From positions 736,001 through 800,000 of the forward strand of contig CAWJCS010000004.1 in the NCBI GenBank assembly GCA_963841435.1: a stretch of 64,000 bases of DNA, in the 5' to 3' direction. The notes beneath the pieces were generated by a model, which was not told the origin of the DNA, did not search any database, and saw only the letters and a list, made by a program, of their open reading frames with translations. Source of the DNA: an uncultured delta proteobacterium. Its GTDB lineage: Bacteria > Myxococcota_A > Polyangia > Polyangiales > Polyangiaceae. Positions 28,493-39,408 of the stretch are shown here, one piece after another. Both the position numbers and the translations under genes were made by a program. Position 1 is the first letter of the stretch, and each line of letters begins with the position of its first letter.

Positions 28493-29821
28493 TCAGGCTG
28501 CTGACACGCGCGTGCTCGGTCGCGGCGCGATCGACGTGGGCGGGGTCTCGCGGTGGATCTCGACCTTCGACACGTGCCGTTGGTCGGCCTCGAGCACGAT
28601 GAACTCGAGGCCGAAGGCCGAGAGCGTGGCGCCCACCTCGGGCACGCGCCCGTGCTGGGCGGCCAAGAACCCGCCGAGCGAGTGGTAGTCGCCGTCGCTC
28701 GGCAGGTTCGTGCCGAGGTAGCGGCTCAGATCGTTGAGCGCGAGGCTCGCGTCCACGACCAGGCGCCCATCCCCGAGGTCGGCGATGGGCGCCTCCTCGA
28801 CGTCGTGCTCGTCGCGGATGTCGCCGACAATCTGCTCGAGCAGGTCCTCGAGCGTGACGATGCCGCTGAACCCGCCGAACTCGTCGATGACGATGGCGAG
28901 GTGGTGCCGGCCGGCGCGCATGTCTCGCAGCACGCTCGCCGCCGACTGGCTCTCGGGTACGAATGCCGCGGGCCGAAGGATCGACTCCAGGGTCTTGGAG
29001 GCCGCCTCCCCCCGGGCGACGACGCGCAGCAGGTCCTTGGCGTGCAGCACTCCGACGATGTTGTCGATGGTCTCGCGGTGCACCGGGTAACGCGAATGGG
29101 CGTCCTCGGCCACTTGCTTTAGCACCTCGGCGATCGGCGTTTCGACCTCGAGCGAGGTCGTGCGGGTGCGCGACACCATGACGTCCCCCGCGGTCACGTC
29201 GCCGAACTCGAGCACGTTGCGGATGATTTCCGACTGTTCGTGGTCGAGGGCCCCCGTCATCTCGCCTTCGGTGACGATGAGCTCCACCTCGTTCTCGGTG
29301 ACGGCGGGTGGCGGCTCGGTCTGCATCCGGGCAAGCCCACGGGTGACGCGCTGTCCGAGCCAGACCGGTACGAACGCGACCGGCGCGACGAGCATCTCGA
29401 CGGGCCTTAGCAGCTGCAGCAAAAGGGGCGCGGCACGCTCCGGTGCCCGGCTCGCAGCCGCCTTCACGATCTCTGCGGGAGCGGAGTAGGCAAGGACCGC
29501 GGCGAACGCCGCGAGCGCCGGACCGTAGGCCCCGAGCTCGGCGGGCAGCAGGCGCGCGACGAGCACGGCGGTCAGCGCGATGCCGATGGCGCGCACGACG
29601 AGCCAGCGCGCCTCGATCGTCGAACCGCGGTCGACGTACCGCTCGAGAGCGCGTCGCGCACCGCCGGTCAGCGAATCCCTGAGCGCAAGGCGCCGGGTGC
29701 CGGGCAAAAGGGCGAGCGCCCAGCTTGCTGCGCCGAACATGGCCGCCATGACAGCGGGTAGAAACGCTAGAACCAGACCGAGGGCAGTGATGACCTCGCT
29801 CGTTTTTGGGACAGACTCCAC
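28493..29821 (-). CDS. Hemolysin-family / CNNM (CorC/TlyC) CBS-domain protein
   Basis: N-terminal TMs, HSRYPV....DNIVG.LH.KD, A.V.DEFGG.SGIVTLEDLLE.IVGDI.DEHD, CorC domain. Start uncertain. Confidence 0.88.
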   Translation of the reverse strand: MESVPKTSEVITALGLVLAFLPAVMAAMFGAASWALALLPGTRRLALRDSLTGGARRALERYVDRGSTIEARWLVVRAIGIALTAVLVARLLPAELGAYGPALAAFAAVLAYSAPAEIVKAAASRAPERAAPLLLQLLRPVEMLVAPVAFVPVWLGQRVTRGLARMQTEPPPAVTENEVELIVTEGEMTGALDHEQSEIIRNVLEFGDVTAGDVMVSRTRTTSLEVETPIAEVLKQVAEDAHSRYPVHRETIDNIVGVLHAKDLLRVVARGEAASKTLESILRPAAFVPESQSAASVLRDMRAGRHHLAIVIDEFGGFSGIVTLEDLLEQIVGDIRDEHDVEEAPIADLGDGRLVVDASLALNDLSRYLGTNLPSDGDYHSLGGFLAAQHGRVPEVGATLSAFGLEFIVLEADQRHVSKVEIHRETPPTSIAPRPSTRVSAA

Positions 29822-29929
29822 GTGGGCCTCGGCCGCCCGTGTGCCGTCGGGCGGACCTCCTTCGTCGGAGAGGGTATCGAACGCTTGGACCCCCACGCAA
29901 CCCGGCCGCCCGGCGTCCGATCCTCGTCC

Positions 29930-30556
29930 ATGGTCACTCCTATCGGAAACCGCGCTCGCTCCGGTCCGGACGAGGCCGGTGCCGGGGGCCAGAATGGAAG
30001 TGTTATTAGCAGGTTGAGGACTGAGTTCCGGCATCTCCTTCGCTCGGCTGTTGGGCCGGCAGAGCGCGATTTCGGGCAACCTGGCTGGAATCCACTTTCA
30101 GTGCTTTCAGCAGCAACGGATCAAAATCGGGGCTCCGCCGCAGCTTGGGAGAGTGAGCAGGGGTCGCCCGCCGCCACGGACGACGCCCTGCCGCCAGTCG
30201 TCGATCCGCTGGCCGTCGGTCTCGCCCCGCTCGGTGACGTCACGTCTGGCGGCGCGCCTGCGGCGTGCGGTGACGAGCGAGGTGCGGCAATCGGGCCGCG
30301 CGGAGTGCTCGACGCGGCGCTCGTTGCGGAGGTCGTGCAGCGGGTCTCGTGGGGTGGCGACCGCCGACGCGGGGTGGCCCGCCTCGAGCTCGGCGGCGAA
30401 CTCTCGGGAGTGGTGGTCGTCGTCGAGGGTGAGGGAAGGGACATCGGCCTCGGCATCAGCGCGCCGCCGGGCCGCAATTTCGACGGGCTCCGCGAGCGGC
30501 TGGAAGCGAGGCTCGTGGCGCGGGGGCTTTCGGTCCGCGAGCTCTCGGTCGGTTGA
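29930..30556 (+). CDS. Hypothetical protein, C-terminus resembles the FliK/T3S4 domain
   Basis: Low-complexity N-part, then VARLELGGELSGVVVVVE......L......LRERLEARL..RGL.V..L.V. Start uncertain. Confidence 0.45.
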   Translation: MVTPIGNRARSGPDEAGAGGQNGSVISRLRTEFRHLLRSAVGPAERDFGQPGWNPLSVLSAATDQNRGSAAAWESEQGSPAATDDALPPVVDPLAVGLAPLGDVTSGGAPAACGDERGAAIGPRGVLDAALVAEVVQRVSWGGDRRRGVARLELGGELSGVVVVVEGEGRDIGLGISAPPGRNFDGLRERLEARLVARGLSVRELSVG

Positions 30557-30570
30557 GACTCTGGGCGCGC

Positions 30571-31446
30571 TCAGCGGAAGCCGCGCAGCACGCGGAACGC
30601 GTCGCCTTGCCGCGCGCCGACGGCGACGAGCGCGTCCGGCGGTAGGATCCAGGCGCTCGGCTCGTCCGGGGGAACGTGACCGACGACGAAATGCTCCGGA
30701 AGGAGCGGCTTTCCCTGGCGCGCGCGTTGCGCCCCCTCCTCGCTCAGCTCCGCGGTCGGCAGGCAGCGCCGGGCGACGGTGGTGAGCGGCAGGAGCGGCC
30801 AGGGCGCCGTGAGCGGCAGGGCGGTTGCTTCCGCAAGCTCGAATGCACCGCTGCGCGTGCGCCGCAGGCACGATAAGTGCGCGGGCAAGTCGAGCCGCTC
30901 GCCGAGATCGCGAGCGAGCGCTCGCACGTAGTAGCCTTTGCTCGCCGTGACCGTGACCTCGATGCGCTCGGCCCCGAGGGACGCGAGCTCGAGCGACGCG
31001 ACGTGCACCGGGCGCGCCGCCAGCTCGGGGGCGGCGCCGCGCCGTGCCAGCCGATAGGAGCGCTGGCCATCGACCTTGATGGCGCTCACCACGGGGGGAA
31101 TCTGTTCGGTGCGACGGCGCTCGGCGTCGAGCGCTGCTTCGACGCGCGCTCGGTCGAGCCCGCCGTCGGGGAGGGGTCGCTCGGCGAGCACCGTGCCCTC
31201 GGCATCGAGCGTGTCGGTCGCGCGACCGAAGCACACCTCTGCCAAATACGACTTGGTTTCGAGCGCGAGGTAACCCGCAAGCTTGGTCGCCTCGCCGACG
31301 AGGACGAGCAACACGCCGGTCGCCATGGGGTCGAGCGTGCCGGCGTGGCCGACGCTCTTCGTGCCCAGGGCGCGCCGCACGCCGGCGACAACGTCGTGGC
31401 TGGTCATGCCCCCGGGTTTGTCGACGACGAGTAACCCGCTCGTCAC
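30571..31446 (-). CDS. truB: tRNA pseudouridine(55) synthase
   Basis: GLLVVDKP.GMTSHDVV, GHAGTLDPMATGVL, TDTLDAEG, Q.PP..SAIKVDG.R.Y.LAR, SKG.YVR.LARDLG. Confidence 0.95.
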   Translation of the reverse strand: MTSGLLVVDKPGGMTSHDVVAGVRRALGTKSVGHAGTLDPMATGVLLVLVGEATKLAGYLALETKSYLAEVCFGRATDTLDAEGTVLAERPLPDGGLDRARVEAALDAERRRTEQIPPVVSAIKVDGQRSYRLARRGAAPELAARPVHVASLELASLGAERIEVTVTASKGYYVRALARDLGERLDLPAHLSCLRRTRSGAFELAEATALPLTAPWPLLPLTTVARRCLPTAELSEEGAQRARQGKPLLPEHFVVGHVPPDEPSAWILPPDALVAVGARQGDAFRVLRGFR

Positions 31447-32807
31447 CCGAACCAGACGCTCCGCCGCTCGCGGACGCCGCTGTCGAGCATGCTCTGGATC
31501 GTCCCGCGCACCCGATCCGACAGGCTCCCGACGAGCACGTGATCCTCGGCTGCCTCGGGCCCATAGTGCTCGAGCGACACCGGCTCGCCGAACGTGAGGC
31601 GCCAGCGGCTCGGCGCGGGCAAGAGGCCGAGCGGGCCGAGCAAGGGAAACGTCGGCGTCACGGGGATGTACGGCAGGCCGACGAGGTTCGCGAGGTATTC
31701 GACGCGGTAAAGAAGCGGGTTCGTCTCCTCCGCCCCGACGATGGCACAGGGAACGATCGGCGCGCGCATGCGAAGCGCCAGACGGATGTACCCACCGCGG
31801 CCGAAGCGCTGGAGCCGATAGCGCTCGCGGTAGAGCTTCTTGATCCCCTGCACGCCCTCCGGGAAAACGGCGACCGTGTGCTCTTTGCCGAGCAGCCGCT
31901 CCGCGTTTTCCTGGCAGGCTCGCACCGCCCCGACGCGGTTCATGAACACGCCGGCGAACGGCAGATAGAACAAAAAATCCTCCGCGAGCCAGCGCAGGTC
32001 CCTCGCACCCGCCGTTTCGAGGTGGAGCGCCGTGCGTAGCATCAGACCGTCGAGCGGCAGCGTGCCCGAGTGATTGGCCACCACGATACAACGCCCCTGC
32101 GCGGGCAGATTCTCGATGCCGCTCGTCTTGGCGCGAAAATAGCGGCGATACAAAAACTCGGCGATGGGCCGGACCTTGCTCTCGTAGGCGGGGTCGAGGC
32201 CGAAGTCGTCGACCTCTTCGGAACGGCTGCGCAGGCCCTCGCGCCCCCACTGTTTCTCGAAGTAAGGGCTCGCGTCGGCGACCTCCGGCGTGGCCGCGGG
32301 CGCGGGCGCGTCGGCGCTGGCGGGCGTGCCCAGGGGGCGGCTGTTGGCCTCGCGCTCGGATTCGGCTCGGGCGGCGCTCGTGCGAATCAGTCCGTCGAGG
32401 CGCGCCTCCAGGGACTTGATCTGCTCCGCAACGTCGCCATGGGGGGCGCCCGACGGTGGCATCGAGTCGAGCGGGTCGGACCAGCCGAGGTGCGGCGGGA
32501 TCATGCGCGAGCCGAGCCCGAGCTCGGGGGCCTCCTCGACGAGATCCTCGTCCTCATCGAGACCGAGCGTCGGCGGGGGCGGCCGCGGAGCTCTTTGCTT
32601 CGGCTCGACGGGCTCGGGGTGAGGCGGCGCCGCCGTGGCTGGGGGTTTGGCTTTGGGCTTGCCCGGGCTCTCCGCCTTCTTGCCGTCGCCCTTCGTGGAG
32701 GCCCTGCCGCGTGCGGCGGGCTTCTTCGGGGCGTCGTTCTTGGGCTCAGCCTCGCCGGCGCGGCGCTTGCGCACGCTGACCTCGTCCTTTTTCTTCTTCT
32801 TGGTCAC
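31443..32807 (-). CDS. Lysophospholipid acyltransferase family protein with long low-complexity N-terminus
   Basis: VDDFGLDP, VANHSG.LPLD, VFPEG..G..K, F.RGG. Confidence 0.88.
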   Translation of the reverse strand: MTKKKKKDEVSVRKRRAGEAEPKNDAPKKPAARGRASTKGDGKKAESPGKPKAKPPATAAPPHPEPVEPKQRAPRPPPPTLGLDEDEDLVEEAPELGLGSRMIPPHLGWSDPLDSMPPSGAPHGDVAEQIKSLEARLDGLIRTSAARAESEREANSRPLGTPASADAPAPAATPEVADASPYFEKQWGREGLRSRSEEVDDFGLDPAYESKVRPIAEFLYRRYFRAKTSGIENLPAQGRCIVVANHSGTLPLDGLMLRTALHLETAGARDLRWLAEDFLFYLPFAGVFMNRVGAVRACQENAERLLGKEHTVAVFPEGVQGIKKLYRERYRLQRFGRGGYIRLALRMRAPIVPCAIVGAEETNPLLYRVEYLANLVGLPYIPVTPTFPLLGPLGLLPAPSRWRLTFGEPVSLEHYGPEAAEDHVLVGSLSDRVRGTIQSMLDSGVRERRSVWFG

Positions 32808-33856
32808 GCCGGCGTCTCCGACAGGAGCTTCACGTCACGCAGGTGCTGAGCGTTCGCGAAGTCGATGATCGCCTCACGGCTCGTGTAGAGCGGCCGGAAG
32901 CTCAGCGCACGCCGGGCGAGCTCGCCGTCCGCCACGCACACGAACTCGAGATAATCGAAGAACGACGGGGGCGCCTCGGCGATCTGCGCCACCCAGAGCG
33001 CACCGACGAGGGGGCCCGCGAGCGGTCGCGGCAGCGGAAACGGCGCACGCCCGGCGAGGCGAATCGCGGTGCTCAGCGGAAGCACGCCGTCCGGCGTGAC
33101 GTTGAAGACGCCGGGCGCATCGCGCAAAACGGCGAGTCGAAACGCTGCGACGGCGTCGGCCTCGTGCAAGAACTGGCAGAGCGGATCGAACCCGAGCACC
33201 GTGGGAACGAGGCGGTGGCTCAGATACCGCGTGAGGAAGTTGTTGACGGTAGGGCCGATGATGGGAGCCGTGCGCAGGATCGTCACCGTGCGGCCGCGCC
33301 CGGGCTTACCGAAGCGTAGCGCCTCGCTCTCGGCCTCGATCTTATCGGCCAGGCAGGGCTCGGTACGGCGCGCGCGAAGCGGGTGCTTCTCCGACAGAAA
33401 ATTGGGGTTGGTGGGGTGCGCGCCGTAGAGCAACGTCTGGCTCCACATCACGAGCTTCTCGACCCTCGAGCGGCGGCACGCGTTCATGAGATGCATCGTG
33501 CCGACGCTCTCGAGCTCGTGGGCGAAGCCCCTCGCGTGCGTCGGTGACGGCAGAAATGCCAGGTGGAGCACCGTGTCCACGCCTTCGGCGACGAAAATCT
33601 CCGAGAGGCGCTCCTCGGCGGCGGGGTGGGTGAGGTCGAAGTCGTACACCCGGGTCTTGTTGCCGGCCGTGCCGGGCGGCCGCGTGTCCAGGGCGACCAG
33701 GCTCCGGATCGCCTCCTCCTCCTCGAGCACACCGATCAGGTTCGTGCCGAGAAAGGTCGATGCGCCGGTGACGGCGACGACTCGCCGCCGTGGCGGCCGT
33801 GAAGCCAGGGCGGAAGATCCTGGCACCGAGTAGTCCAAGGTGCGGTCGTCACTCAC
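32804..33856 (-). CDS. NAD-dependent epimerase/dehydratase family protein
   Basis: VAVTGASTFLG, VDTVLHLA, YGA...NP.FL.E, LGFDP..QFLH..D. Confidence 0.85.
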   Translation of the reverse strand: MSDDRTLDYSVPGSSALASRPPRRRVVAVTGASTFLGTNLIGVLEEEEAIRSLVALDTRPPGTAGNKTRVYDFDLTHPAAEERLSEIFVAEGVDTVLHLAFLPSPTHARGFAHELESVGTMHLMNACRRSRVEKLVMWSQTLLYGAHPTNPNFLSEKHPLRARRTEPCLADKIEAESEALRFGKPGRGRTVTILRTAPIIGPTVNNFLTRYLSHRLVPTVLGFDPLCQFLHEADAVAAFRLAVLRDAPGVFNVTPDGVLPLSTAIRLAGRAPFPLPRPLAGPLVGALWVAQIAEAPPSFFDYLEFVCVADGELARRALSFRPLYTSREAIIDFANAQHLRDVKLLSETPA

Positions 33857-33987
33857 GTTCGGCGCTCTCCGAGGGCGGCGTTCGGGGAAGGTCCAACGAG
33901 CGTGACCCTACCACACCCGCTCACCAATTCGATTGGCGGGCCTCGATGGGCAAGGCATAAATGCCGGCTGTCGGCTACACTAACCTG

Positions 33988-35001
33988 ATGGACGAATCCG
34001 CGGCCCAGCCCCAGCGACTGGGGCCATACCTTCTCGGTGAGCGCCTCGGATTCGGCGGCATGGCTGAGGTCTTCGTGGCCACGCGGCCCGGCCCGCACGG
34101 TTTCAACAAGCGCTTCGCGGTCAAACGCATTTTGCCGGAGCTCGCGCGCGACCCGCGCTTCGTGGCGATGTTCTGCGACGAGGCCCGCATCTGCGCGAGC
34201 CTTTCGCACCCGAACATCGTCGAAGTGATCGACTTCGGCGAGAGCGACGGCGAAGTGTTCATGGCGCTCGAGTACGTCGACGGCATCTCGCTCGCGAAGC
34301 TCCTGCGCATGGTGGCGGGCGCTCGGCGGCGCTTCCCCGTGCCTGTCGCGCTGTTCATGGCGCACGAGCTCCTGCGCGCTCTCGATTTCGCGCACACCGC
34401 TTGCGACGAGATGGGGCGACCGCTCGGCATCGTGCACCGCGACGTGTCGCCGGGCAACGTGCTCATCGGTCGCACGGGCGAGGTGAAGCTCGGCGACTTC
34501 GGCATCCTGCTCTCGTCGTTCGTCAACCGTCGCACGCACCCAGGCGAGCTCAAGGGCAAGATCGGTTACATGTCGCCCGAGCAAGCGATGGGCAGTGCCA
34601 TCGACCCGCGCAGCGACCTCTTCGCCGTGGGTATCGTGCTCTCCGAGATGCTGCTCGCTCGCCCGCTGTTTTCGGGCAAGAACGAGTTCGAGATCCTCAC
34701 CAAGATCCACGACGCGGACCTCTCGAACCTCGACAAGTACGGCCACACCGTGCCGACCGAAGTGATGGCCATCGTGCGTACGGCCCTCGCGCGCGAACCG
34801 TCGCGGCGCTACGCGAGCGCGGCGGCCTTCGCGCTGGCGATCCAGAGCGCCACCGATCACCTGGGCTTGCCGGCGGCGGGCGCCCCGGAGCTCGTTTCGT
34901 GGCTGTCGGCCGTGGGTGCGCTGCCGTCGCGTAGCGGCACCATGCCCGTCCAGCGCGTCGAGGACTACCTGCCGCCCGTGCGCACCAAAGGCGATCGCTG
35001 A
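33988..35001 (+). CDS. Hanks-type Ser/Thr protein kinase (kinase domain only)
   Basis: LGFGGMAEVF, AVKRI, HRDVSPGNVL, KLGDFG, GK.GYMSPEQ, SDLFAVG. Confidence 0.93.
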   Translation: MDESAAQPQRLGPYLLGERLGFGGMAEVFVATRPGPHGFNKRFAVKRILPELARDPRFVAMFCDEARICASLSHPNIVEVIDFGESDGEVFMALEYVDGISLAKLLRMVAGARRRFPVPVALFMAHELLRALDFAHTACDEMGRPLGIVHRDVSPGNVLIGRTGEVKLGDFGILLSSFVNRRTHPGELKGKIGYMSPEQAMGSAIDPRSDLFAVGIVLSEMLLARPLFSGKNEFEILTKIHDADLSNLDKYGHTVPTEVMAIVRTALAREPSRRYASAAAFALAIQSATDHLGLPAAGAPELVSWLSAVGALPSRSGTMPVQRVEDYLPPVRTKGDR

Positions 35002-35015
35002 ACGCGTTCGGTCCG

Positions 35016-36775
35016 TCACGCGTTGGGGGCGCGGGGCGGTAGCGTGGGGCGTTCCGAGCTGCCGGGATCGCTCAGCGTTCGCACCGAGGTGGGGGGGCTC
35101 GAGTCGGGGCCCGCGGGCTCGAGCAGCGACAGTAGCGACTTCAAATCGATGGGCTTTTGCAGCGTCGGACAGTGGCTGTTTTTCACGTAGTCGGCCTCGG
35201 CGCGGCCGAGCGCGCCACCCGTGATGAACACGAAGCGCGCCGCCGTTTCGGGGCGCGCGCGCAGCATCCGCTCGTGCAAGACGTTGCCGTTTTGTCCGGG
35301 AAGGTACACGTCGCACACGACGAGGTCGGGCGAATAGTCGGGCTCTAGCAGCACGATTTCGGCTTCCGAGGCAGTCGCCGCCGTCCTCACGTCGTGGGGC
35401 TTGAGCCCGCGGCGTAGGGCGCGCAACAGCACCGGATCGTCGTCGACGATGAGGATCTTGCTATTGCCGGGCGCCGCGGTCGAAGCGGGAAGCGGCGTTT
35501 CGCTGAACTTTGCTTCGCCCGCGGCGTTGACGCGCGGCAAGACCACGTGGAGCGCCGCACCGCCGCCCCTGCGCTCGTGGACTTCGATGTGCCCGCCGTG
35601 CTCGGCGACGACGTCCGAGCAGATCTTGAGGCCGAGGCCGGCTCGGTCACCGCGCTGCTTGGTGGTGTAAAACGGCAAAAAGACGTTCTCCACGGCATCC
35701 TGCGGGATCCCGGGGCCGTTGTCCGAGAGCATGAGCAGCACGTGCGGGCCGTCGGCGGCGACGCGCACCCAGATGCGTGGACGCGACACGGCAGAGCACG
35801 CGTCGGCAGCGTTGAAGACCAGGTTCAGCACAACCTGGCCGAGGGCGTCCCTTCGGCCGAGCGTGAAGCAGTCCGCGTCGTAGTGCTCGAGTAGCTCGAT
35901 GCCGAGCCGCTCGAGATGGGGTCGCGCCACGACGATTGCCTCGCGCGCGGCGGCCGACACGTCAACGCGCGCGAGCGGTGTTTCGCGGCGGCCGACGCTC
36001 GTGAGCTTGTCGATGGTGTCGCGGATGCGAACGATGGCGATGCCCATGTCGGACGCCAGCTCGGCGAGCTCCGCCACGGCGCCGCCCACGGCGGTGTCGC
36101 TCGGCCCGCCGAGTCGCTCGAGCTGCTCGACGAGCCGCGTGAGCTCGTCCTGCTGCAACGCGAGTGCCCCCGTCGGGCTCCGGAGCTCGTGCGCCACCGT
36201 CGCGGTGACGAGCCCGACGCCGGCGTTCGAGACGCCCGTGACCAGGCGGCTGCGGTCGAGGTGGGCCTCTTCTTGATGGCGCTCGCGCTCGAGCGCGAGC
36301 GCGGCGATGCCGGCGATGGTGGAGACGAAGGCGAGGGTCTCTTCGTCGAGCATGGCTGCGTCGTCGAAGCAGAGGACGATGGTCGAACAGGACGCTGCGC
36401 CGGTGGAGGATCGGCTGCACGAGGATGGCTCGCGCGCCGAGCGCCGCGAGCTCGCTCGCATCGGGGACCAGTTCGAATCTCGCGCCGCACGTCGTTCACC
36501 TGAACGACGCGCCGGGCCGTGGCGGCGCGCTCGGCGAGCGCACGCGCCCCGCGCCGCAGCCGCACGAGGTCGAGGCCCGGCCGCAGGCTGAGCCGCCGTT
36601 CCGCCGCGGGCTCGAGGGCGCCGTCCGAGCCGAACGCCAGGGCGCATCGAGCCGGGGACGCATCGAGCAGCGCGTCGAGGCAGTCGCCGAGCACGCCGCC
36701 GGCAGACTCTTGCGAAAGGCGCAGAGACAACGCGCACAAGGCTTCGAGCCTCCGGAGTCGCAGAGCCTGGGACAG
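35016..36775 (-). CDS. Hybrid sensor histidine kinase (GAF-HisKA-HATPase-receiver); two +1 frameshifts at about 36476 and 36386
   Basis: AHELRSP, QVVLNLV.NA.DA, DNGPGI, F.PFYTTK, GLGL, ILIVDDD, DLVVCD, FITG, KP. Start uncertain (TTG 36739 or CTG 36775). Confidence 0.85.
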
Positions 36776-36828
36776 TGGGTACCCCGACGCAGCCTAGCAG
36801 CCTGCTTTGGATCGGTCTCGGGATTGTG

Positions 36829-37413
36829 TCAGAGCAGCTTTCGCATCACCGGGTACTGTGCTTGCTCGTGGACGACCTCGAAGCCCTCGGTTTCGAGTAG
36901 AAGCAGGGGCCCGGTCCACAGCATCTCGTCGCCTACGTCGTTGGCGCGTCGAGGAAACGCTTCGAGCGCCGTGCCGCCGCGCGTACGCGCGAGCTCGATA
37001 CCCGTTCGGAGCAGCGCGCGCGCCACGCCGCGCCGGCGCTCCTCGGGGTCGACCAGAAAGCAGCCAACCACCCAAACGCGGTCACGCACCCCTTGCAAGC
37101 AGGGCAGGTCTCGGTAAATCCGCTGCTCGTAGAGCTTCGGGAGCGCCTGAGCCGGCTCGAGCTTCATCCATCCGACGACCCGTGCGCCGCGCCGTGCGAC
37201 GACGCCGGCGAGCGTTTCGTCTCGCGCTCTTTGCTCGAGAGCCGAACGGTTGGCACCGGGTTCGAAGGCCAGGCGCGCGAGCCAGGCGTTCTTGTCGCCC
37301 GTGAAGTGCCAGTACTGACAATGGCAGCCCGAGCCCGAGCGTTCGAATAGCTCGGCGAGCGCCGCCGCGTGCTTTGCCGCATAGGGCTCGGCGGAGAGAG
37401 CGTCCCAGGTCAC
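36829..37413 (-). CDS. GNAT family N-acetyltransferase
   Basis: CHCQYW, VVGW, CF.V....RRRGVA.ALL, LEAFP, GF.V; GTGA overlap with gatA. Confidence 0.85.
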   Translation of the reverse strand: MTWDALSAEPYAAKHAAALAELFERSGSGCHCQYWHFTGDKNAWLARLAFEPGANRSALEQRARDETLAGVVARRGARVVGWMKLEPAQALPKLYEQRIYRDLPCLQGVRDRVWVVGCFLVDPEERRRGVARALLRTGIELARTRGGTALEAFPRRANDVGDEMLWTGPLLLLETEGFEVVHEQAQYPVMRKLL

Positions 37414-38903
37414 GCGCGCGTGAGCCGCTCCACGGCGGCCGCCGCCGAGAACAAGCGCGCCTCGCCGAAGGCCGGCGCCAGGAGCTGCAGACCGACGGGC
37501 AGCGCGGGCCGGCTTTCGGTGGCGGCGGTCGCGCCGCAGGGCACGCTGAGGGCGGCAATGCCGGCGAGGCTCGCCGGCAGCGTGTACACGTCGGCGAGGT
37601 ACATCGCGAGCGGGTCGTCGATCTTCTCGCCGAGGCGGAAGGCGGGCGTGGGGCTCGTCGGTGCCGCGATCACGTCGACCTCGGCGAAGGCGGCGTCGAA
37701 GTCGCGGCGGATGAGCGTTCGGACGCGCTGCGCCTTGCGATAGTACGCGTCGTAGTAGCCGGCGCTCAGCACGTAGGTGCCGAGCAGGATGCGGCGCTTC
37801 ACTTCCTGGCCGAAGCCTGCGTCACGCGTGGAGCCGTACATCGCCGTGAGGTCGCCGCGCTCGGGCTCGATGCGCAACCCGAAGCGCACCCCGTCGAAGC
37901 GCGCCAGGTTCGACGAAGCTTCGGCCGTGGCGACGATGTAGTAGGTGGCGACCCCGTAGCGCGTGTGCGGCAGGGTGACGGGCTTGATGGTCGCGCCGTC
38001 ACCCTCGAGCTTGCGAAGGGCTTCGCGAACGGCGCGTTCGACCTCGGGGTCGAGGCCTTCGGCGAAGTACTCCTGGGGCAAGCCGACACGCAGGCCCTTC
38101 ACGTCCCGCCCGCAGGCGGCGACGTAGTCGGCGACGGGTACCTCGGCGGCCGTCGAGTCGTGAGGATCCGCGCCCGCGATGGCGGCGAGCAGGTGCGCGG
38201 CGCCCTCGACGTCGCGGGCGAAAGGTCCCACCTGGTCGAGGCTCGACGCGAAGGCGATGAGCCCATAGCGCGAGACGCGGCCGTAGCTCGGTTTGACGCC
38301 CACGACGCCACAGAGCGACGCGGGCTGGCGGATCGAGCCGCCCGTATCGCTGCCGAGCGCGCCGAGCGCCATGCCCGCGGCGACGGCCACGGCGCTGCCG
38401 CTCGACGAGCCCCCCGGGGCGCGCGTGGGATCGACGGGGTTCTTGGCGGGGCCGAACGCCGAATTTTCGCCCGACGAGCCCATCGCGAACTCGTCCATGT
38501 TCGTCTTGCCGACGAGCAGCGCCCCGGCGGTTCTGAGGCGCGCGACCGACGTGGCATCGTACGGCGGGCGGAAGCCGTGCTCCGGTCCCGTGGGCTTTCC
38601 GTCGGGCCCGCGCCGCGTGAGGATGCGCGAGCCGGCCGTCGTGGGGGCATCGAGCGTGCAGAGCGCGTCCTTGATGGCGACGGGTACGCCGGCGAGCGGG
38701 CCGAGAGATTCCCCGCGCGCTCGCCGCGCGTCGAGCTCGGCGGCGTTCGCGAGCACGGCTTCGTCGTTCACGTACAAGAACGCGTTCAAGTCGCGACCTG
38801 CGTGGATGCGCTCGAGCGTGCTCTTTGCAACCTCGACGGCGGAGAGCTCCCCGCGAGCAACGGCGCTCGCGAGCGCCCCGACGGACAAGTCGAGCGCGCC
38901 CAT
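37410..38903 (-). CDS. gatA: Asp-tRNA(Asn)/Glu-tRNA(Gln) amidotransferase subunit A
   Basis: [76 protein letters not shown]. Confidence 0.97.
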   Translation of the reverse strand: MGALDLSVGALASAVARGELSAVEVAKSTLERIHAGRDLNAFLYVNDEAVLANAAELDARRARGESLGPLAGVPVAIKDALCTLDAPTTAGSRILTRRGPDGKPTGPEHGFRPPYDATSVARLRTAGALLVGKTNMDEFAMGSSGENSAFGPAKNPVDPTRAPGGSSSGSAVAVAAGMALGALGSDTGGSIRQPASLCGVVGVKPSYGRVSRYGLIAFASSLDQVGPFARDVEGAAHLLAAIAGADPHDSTAAEVPVADYVAACGRDVKGLRVGLPQEYFAEGLDPEVERAVREALRKLEGDGATIKPVTLPHTRYGVATYYIVATAEASSNLARFDGVRFGLRIEPERGDLTAMYGSTRDAGFGQEVKRRILLGTYVLSAGYYDAYYRKAQRVRTLIRRDFDAAFAEVDVIAAPTSPTPAFRLGEKIDDPLAMYLADVYTLPASLAGIAALSVPCGATAATESRPALPVGLQLLAPAFGEARLFSAAAAVERLTRA

Positions 38904-39193
38904 CAGTCGTCCACGAAGCCCGGCACCGCGAACCCGCCGCCACCGCGACGCGGCGCCTCGGCGAGCGCAGCGTCCGTCGCGAGTCCCGGAACCACCAGAT
39001 CAGCGCGCAGTGGCGCGCGTTCGGCGGCGACATTCGCCGTTTCCGGCACGCCGTCGGTGGCGAGCTGGTTGAGCTCTTCGACGTAGGCGAGGATCTTGGC
39101 GAGGTCGCGCTGCATGACGACCACTTCCTCCGGCTCGAGGTCGAGCCGCGCGAGGCGTGCCACGTGCAGCACCGTCTCCTTGGTGATGGCCAT
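38903..39193 (-). CDS. gatC: Asp-tRNA(Asn)/Glu-tRNA(Gln) amidotransferase subunit C
   Basis: IT.E.V.HVA.LARL, IL.YV..L, LR.D, F.VP; directly upstream of gatA. Confidence 0.93.
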   Translation of the reverse strand: MAITKETVLHVARLARLDLEPEEVVVMQRDLAKILAYVEELNQLATDGVPETANVAAERAPLRADLVVPGLATDAALAEAPRRGGGGFAVPGFVDD

Positions 39194-39408
39194 GGCGCGC
39201 TCATAGCAGCCCCGCGGCGGGCCGGGAACGGAGCGCTGCCCGCACATCCGTTCAGCCCGCGGGCCCACGAGGAAACCAGCGCCCCGGCCGAGCCGATGCG
39301 GCCGACGTGTCCGAGTCGCGCCCTTCCAACTCGACGGCCACGACGCTCGTCTATATCCTCCGTTCGAGACCGCGCCTCGCCGACCGGTGGAGGCCAGCGG
39401 GGGCACGT

